A stretch of 64,000 nt of DNA. Source: Eledone cirrhosa. Its lineage: Eukaryota. Each line of letters starts with the position of its first letter. The stretch's first letter is position 1. The notes beneath the pieces are model-generated. The model did no database searches. It saw only the letters and a list, made by a program, of their open reading frames with translations, and was not told where the DNA came from. Shown piece by piece: positions 56,847 to 64,000 of the stretch. The DNA is taken from NCBI GenBank assembly GCA_964016885.1, contig OZ024742.1:288920001-288984000 (forward strand), read 5' to 3'. Made by a program: the position numbers and the translations under genes.

Positions 56847-56848
<2 letters not shown>
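56432..56848. mobile_element. Fold-back HHR element related to the 30.4-31.7 kb family
   Basis: Arms 56432-56585 and 56592-56750; CTGACGA at 56645, GAAA-tatata-TA at 56683; (TA)n on both sides. Confidence 0.78.
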
Positions 56849-56899
<51 letters not shown>

Positions 56900-57000
56900 A
56901 TTAAGGCTAAAATAGTGAGTTTTGTTGCTCTGGAGTTTCACCCGTTTTTCGCAGGGTCATAATCGGTATTGAGTACTCTTTTCTCTCAGCTGTCAACCAC

Positions 57001-57082
<82 letters not shown>

Positions 57083-57364
57083 CACACACACACATATATA
57101 TTTACAATAAATTTCGTGAAATTTAACAAGGTATAAATTTAGTTACCAAAATTTATTTGTTATCGAGAACTAAATATATATCTTGATAATTTATATTTAG
57201 TTGAATATATTTAGATAATAGTCATTGAGTAGGTCACAGAATGTGTGACGAAAGACATTTTACAATTAAATATGACAATTAAACAACCACACGGTTTCTA
57301 ACCTAACCAAGGAATGGATTAGTTACCCATAGAAAAATAAAACTGACGAGAAACACAACCAGTG

Positions 57365-59200
<1,836 letters not shown>

Positions 59201-59428
59201 GATACCTATTTATATATAGTTAGAGTGGTATATATTCCAACAAATATATAAATACAACCTTACAAACATGATATAGTGAAAACACGACTGTGCACAAGTT
59301 TGACAATTTTTTGGGGGGAGATTATTAAATTTGCTAAGGTAAGATTCTATTGTTATCTTGGCAATTTTAATTTTCTAGTGCATTGTATGGTTTTCATTAT
59401 ATTTTCTTATTAGTTATTCACACACGTG

Positions 59429-59499
<71 letters not shown>

Positions 59500-59720
59500 T
59501 ATATATTGATTTTACACTGACTGAACACAAGTATTGCGTTCTTTATTTGAGTACAATCCTCAAGAAAAGCATTAAACACTTTCTCGTACCCCCAAAATAA
59601 TAATTATACATACACATGTACATACATACAAACACACATACATTCATACATATATATGTATATATACACACACGTATATTTATATACATATACACACACG
59701 CACACACGCATACACACATA

Positions 59721-59771
59721 TACAGGGTGTCCCCCAACAGCATTGACGTGTGTATACATTTTTGGGAGGAC

Positions 59772-59779
<8 letters not shown>
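59721..59779. mobile_element. Tiny Tc1/mariner-like MITE
   Basis: TACAGGGTGTCCCCCAA ... TTGGGAGGACACCCTATA. Confidence 0.55.
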
Positions 59780-59833
<54 letters not shown>

Positions 59834-59924
59834 CAGAAGGGATATTCAATTTGTTGGTAATTCAACAAATATAAATGTTTATAACTGATTTAGAGCACTC
59901 GACAAGTTTTCTGAATATATATAC

Positions 59925-60011
<87 letters not shown>

Positions 60012-60137
60012 GATTTCATCTGAATGAAACAGTACTAGTCCTGTAGAAGCTCCTTCTATAAAATATATATATATATATATATATATGAAGATTTCATCTG
60101 AATGAAACAGTACTAGTCCTGTAGAAGCTCCTTCTAT

Positions 60138-60173
<36 letters not shown>

Positions 60174-60210
60174 TACACACATATATATATATATATATGT
60201 ACATATACAT

Positions 60211-60291
<81 letters not shown>

Positions 60292-60300
60292 CATATACAA

Positions 60301-60333
<33 letters not shown>

Positions 60334-60376
60334 CACACATATATATATATACATTTATATATATATACATATATAT

Positions 60377-60437
<61 letters not shown>

Positions 60438-60473
60438 TACATATATATATATATATATGTACATATACATACC

Positions 60474-60508
<35 letters not shown>

Positions 60509-60528
60509 TATAGAGATATGTATGTATA

Positions 60529-60582
<54 letters not shown>

Positions 60583-61568
60583 ACATTCACACTATGTGCG
60601 TGTACTCATATAGCGTAAGTTTGCCGGCTCGATCTATAAACGAAATAAAATGAAAATAAGAAAATGACAATGTAGAAATTGAAAGTGGACCTACTTGTAT
60701 TCCATAGTTGTGTGTTAATGTGTATATGTTCTTGCTTGTATGGGCTTCCTTAGTTGAGCCTGGCTTCCCGCACACTGATGCGATCACAGACCGGGGATTT
60801 CCTCGTGTTTTCACTGTTTTGATTCGTTAACTGTAAAGCATTAGCAGGACATTACTGAATGAGAGGGGGAGGAAATCGAAAGTGTGGGAGTTACAGGTGG
60901 TCTGACAGACGGAGGGGTATAAGAGGAAGGTATGAGTTAGTTAAAAGGTAGTCGTAGTGGGAGTAGGTGTGTAAACTAAGGCATGAATGAAGAAAGCTTG
61001 ATATCTTAGACACACAGGTTGATAGAGATATAAATAAGAAGGTAGGTAGATAGGCCGATAGATAGATATACAGGCAAATAGACAAACGGATAGATAGATA
61101 AATAGATACACAATAATAATATATGTACACAATAATTTTCATTATTTTAATTTTAATAGACAGAGAGAGAGAAAAAAAATAAAGGGGTTAAAATTAGCGA
61201 GAGGTAGTAAGATGCGGTAGTACGGTTGATGGGAGTGGTGGGAGTAATGTACGATAGAGACGATTAAAGGGAAATGTGTCGAAAGTGCACTATACAAACA
61301 TACATATATATATGTGTGTATTGAGAGTGATGTGATGTATATATGTATGATGTATGTATGTGTGTGTGTGTGTAAGGGGGGGGGGGTGAAGGCGTGTGGT
61401 TTAGTGGTTATAAAGTTGGATTCATAATCGTGAGTTTAAATCCCGGCCCGGGCGATGCGTTGTTTCCTTGAGCAAGATACTTTATTTCCTGTCGCTCCAG
61501 TTCATTCAATTATAGAAATAAGTTGCGACGTCAATGATATTGAGTACTCCTTTCTCTCAGCCGTCACA

Positions 61569-61671
<103 letters not shown>

Positions 61672-61814
61672 TTAGAGAGAGAGAGAGAAATGAAGGGAGA
61701 AAGACAGTGAGAATAACTATGATATTGAAAAAGAAAGAGAAAAAGGGAGAGCTAGCTACCTAGGTATCTGTCTAGGTAGGCAGATAGGTGGGTAGATTGG
61801 GAGATATAGATAGA

Positions 61815-62290
61815 TATGTTTCTTTATTAGCCACAAGGGCACAAAAGAAGGGGACGAATACAAATGGGGAGTTTACATACAAATATATGAAAATAAAACT
61901 ATTAATAAAATAACAAATAACAATTGAAATCCCCAATAGGGGGTAGGCGTCACACAGGGGTTGTACACACCCCGGAAAAATGTACAACCCTGATCTCCAG
62001 GAGCACCAAGAGTGAGTACTCCCCTCCTCTCTTTCTCTTTTTCCTCAACCTGCAGGCTTATATAGAGAGAAGGCCCAACCACTCGGGCCATCTTTGTTAC
62101 ATTCACCCACCTTTTATAAAATTTGCTGGGGTACAGCACCTCTCTCTCCATCCTGATTCTTCTTCCAAAATGATATTTGAAAAAACGAATCAGTTGTTCG
62201 CCGGAGAGAAAGGTGTCTGACCTCAGCCCTTTTAACCTCGTCCACTATATAACCTCTTTCACCATAACCATAACACAGGAAAACCGCTAG
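61815..62290 (-). mobile_element. Tx1-like 3' fragment ending in (TATC)n-like repeats
   Basis: KFYKRWVNVTKMARVVG C-terminus; CCTTGTGGCTAATAAAGAAAC end. Confidence 0.8.
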
Positions 62291-62872
62291 ACAGCTAGAT
62301 AGACAGGCAGGAAATAGTAGAAATACTATGTCTGTATATACATGAGTGTGAGTGTAAAAACGTGTGACTGTGTGTATATATATAAACGTGTCTGTGTGTG
62401 CGCCTATGTATATGTGCGTATCTATGTAAATGTGTGTGTCTGTATAAATGTGTGTATGTGTATAAATGTGTATGTACATGCGTCTGTATAAATATACGCG
62501 TGGGTGGGTGTATTTCTGTGTAAATGTGTCTGTGTGTCACAGAGTGTGTGTATTTTTTAAAATTATTATATATCTGTGTACATGTGTTCTGTATAAATGT
62601 GTATGTGTGTTTCTGCATAAAGGTTGTGTGTCTGTATAAATGCATGTATATCTATAAATGTGTGTGGGTGGATGGGTGTTTCTGTGTAAATGTGTCTGTA
62701 TAAACGTGTATAACTATAAATGTGTGTCGATATAAAACTGTATGTATCTGTATAAATGTGTGTGTGTTTGGGGGGGGGGGGGTCTTTAATAATCTGTGTG
62801 TATGTGTGTATGTGTATGCATGTGTGTGTGTATTTATCTACATCTCTCTCTCTCCCTTTCTTTCTCTCTCTC

Positions 62873-62926
<54 letters not shown>

Positions 62927-62931
<5 letters not shown>

Positions 62932-63222
62932 TGAAATCGAAAATGCAACTGGAGTCTTATTTAAAAAAAATATATATTTATTTGGTTCCTTTACTTTACT
63001 TGTTCTTCTGCTTTTCAAAATGTGAGAAAAACTACAGACCCTCCATCTCAACTCTACTTTTGAAAAGCAGAAGAACTGCGAAACCGGTAAAGGAACCAAA
63101 TAAATATATATATTTTTTTTAAAATAAGACTCCAGTTGCATTTTCGATTTCATCTTTTTTTCTTTATACTTTCACTCGTGTAGGACACCTCGGTTATTTT
63201 TCATTTTGTAAAAAAAACTCAC

Positions 63223-63228
<6 letters not shown>
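62927..63228. mobile_element. Fold-back element with a U3-A8 hammerhead variant
   Basis: Arms 62927-63020 and 63058-63157; ctt-TTGAAAA-gcag-aagaa-ctgc-GAAA-ccgg-TA-aag at 63057-63092. Confidence 0.65.
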
Positions 63229-63273
<45 letters not shown>

Positions 63274-63277
<4 letters not shown>

Positions 63278-63996
63278 AAAGATGTAGTGGGATCACAGGT
63301 AAGCTAACTAAGAACATAGATTTTACATGTGGCCGGTGCTCTGGTGCAATAAGTAGCAGCAAGTGCCCACAAAAATACTAGCTCTTTCAATTGCGCAGAG
63401 GGTTCCATAGAAATAGTGGACAGCTTCCGTTACCTGGGCGATAAAATCAGCAGTGGGGGAGGGTGCTCTGAAAGTACAGTAGCTAGAGTCAGAACTGGTT
63501 GGAAAAAGTTCAGAGAGCTTATACCACTATTAGCTGCTAAAGGGTTCTCACTAAAAATGAAAGGCAGGTTGTACGATGCCTGCATACGAACAGCAATGCT
63601 GCATGGCAGTGAGACCTGGGCATTGTGTGCAGAGGATATACGCAGACTAGAGAGGAACGAAGCTTGCATGCTCCGCTGGATGTGTAACAGTAATATACGT
63701 GAACGGCAAAGCATAAGCGAACTAAGGAAAAAATTAGAGATAAGAGGGATCAGATGTTGTTTACTCGAGAGAAGGCTACGTTGGTATGGACACGTGATGC
63801 GCATGAAAGTCGATAGCTGTATAACAAAGTGCAGGGCAATAAAGATAGACGGTAGTCACGGAATAGGCAGACCTAGAAAAACCTGGGACGAGCTGATAAA
63901 CTCCGACATCACACACTTACACTTCTCCAAGACAATGTCACTGGACCGAGACCTTTGGCGGTACTCAGTAACAGAGAAGACCCGCCTTACCTAAAT
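63274..63996 (+). mobile_element. RTE internal/C-terminal fragment starting at (TA)n
   Basis: ORF 63416-63994 is homologous to 28935-30015 and near-identical to 40120-40445. Confidence 0.9.
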
Positions 63997-64000
63997 ATAT

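Noticed and set aside
59270-59345. Strong donor AAG|GTAAGA with a short open frame
   Set aside because: No credible upstream acceptor
60691-60831. Minus-strand segment bounded by tttacag and gtaggt
   Set aside because: Stops in all three frames; at best a non-coding exon and not supportable here

Overview
Eukaryotic, AT-rich and almost entirely repetitive intronic/intergenic DNA. The SINE families and dense (TA)n/(CA)n/(GAT)n/(AAT)n/(GATA)n tracts point to an octopus-type cephalopod genome (inferred, not searched). No intact host gene is visible, only a few candidate small exons. The long ORFs are all disrupted non-LTR retrotransposons: an R4/Dong-type tandem stack (7.7-11.7 kb), a near full-length Tx1-like L1 (11.7-17.2 kb) plus fragments, a near full-length RTE with a PHD-like Zn finger (26.2-30.4 kb) plus many 3' pieces, and a Penelope GIY-YIG fragment (37.3-38.0 kb). 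There are also two tRNA-derived SINE families, non-autonomous Helitrons and several MITEs. The most striking signal is invisible in the ORF track: more than 15 type I hammerhead-ribozyme (HHR) motifs from about 10 unrelated short families, mostly embedded in (TA)n tracts. Many sit in head-to-head fold-back palindromes. One is circularly permuted between its arms (about 320-nt monomer, retrozyme/circRNA-like), and two carry the compensatory U3-A8 catalytic-core variant. All coordinates and folds were read by eye, so boundaries may be off by a few bases.
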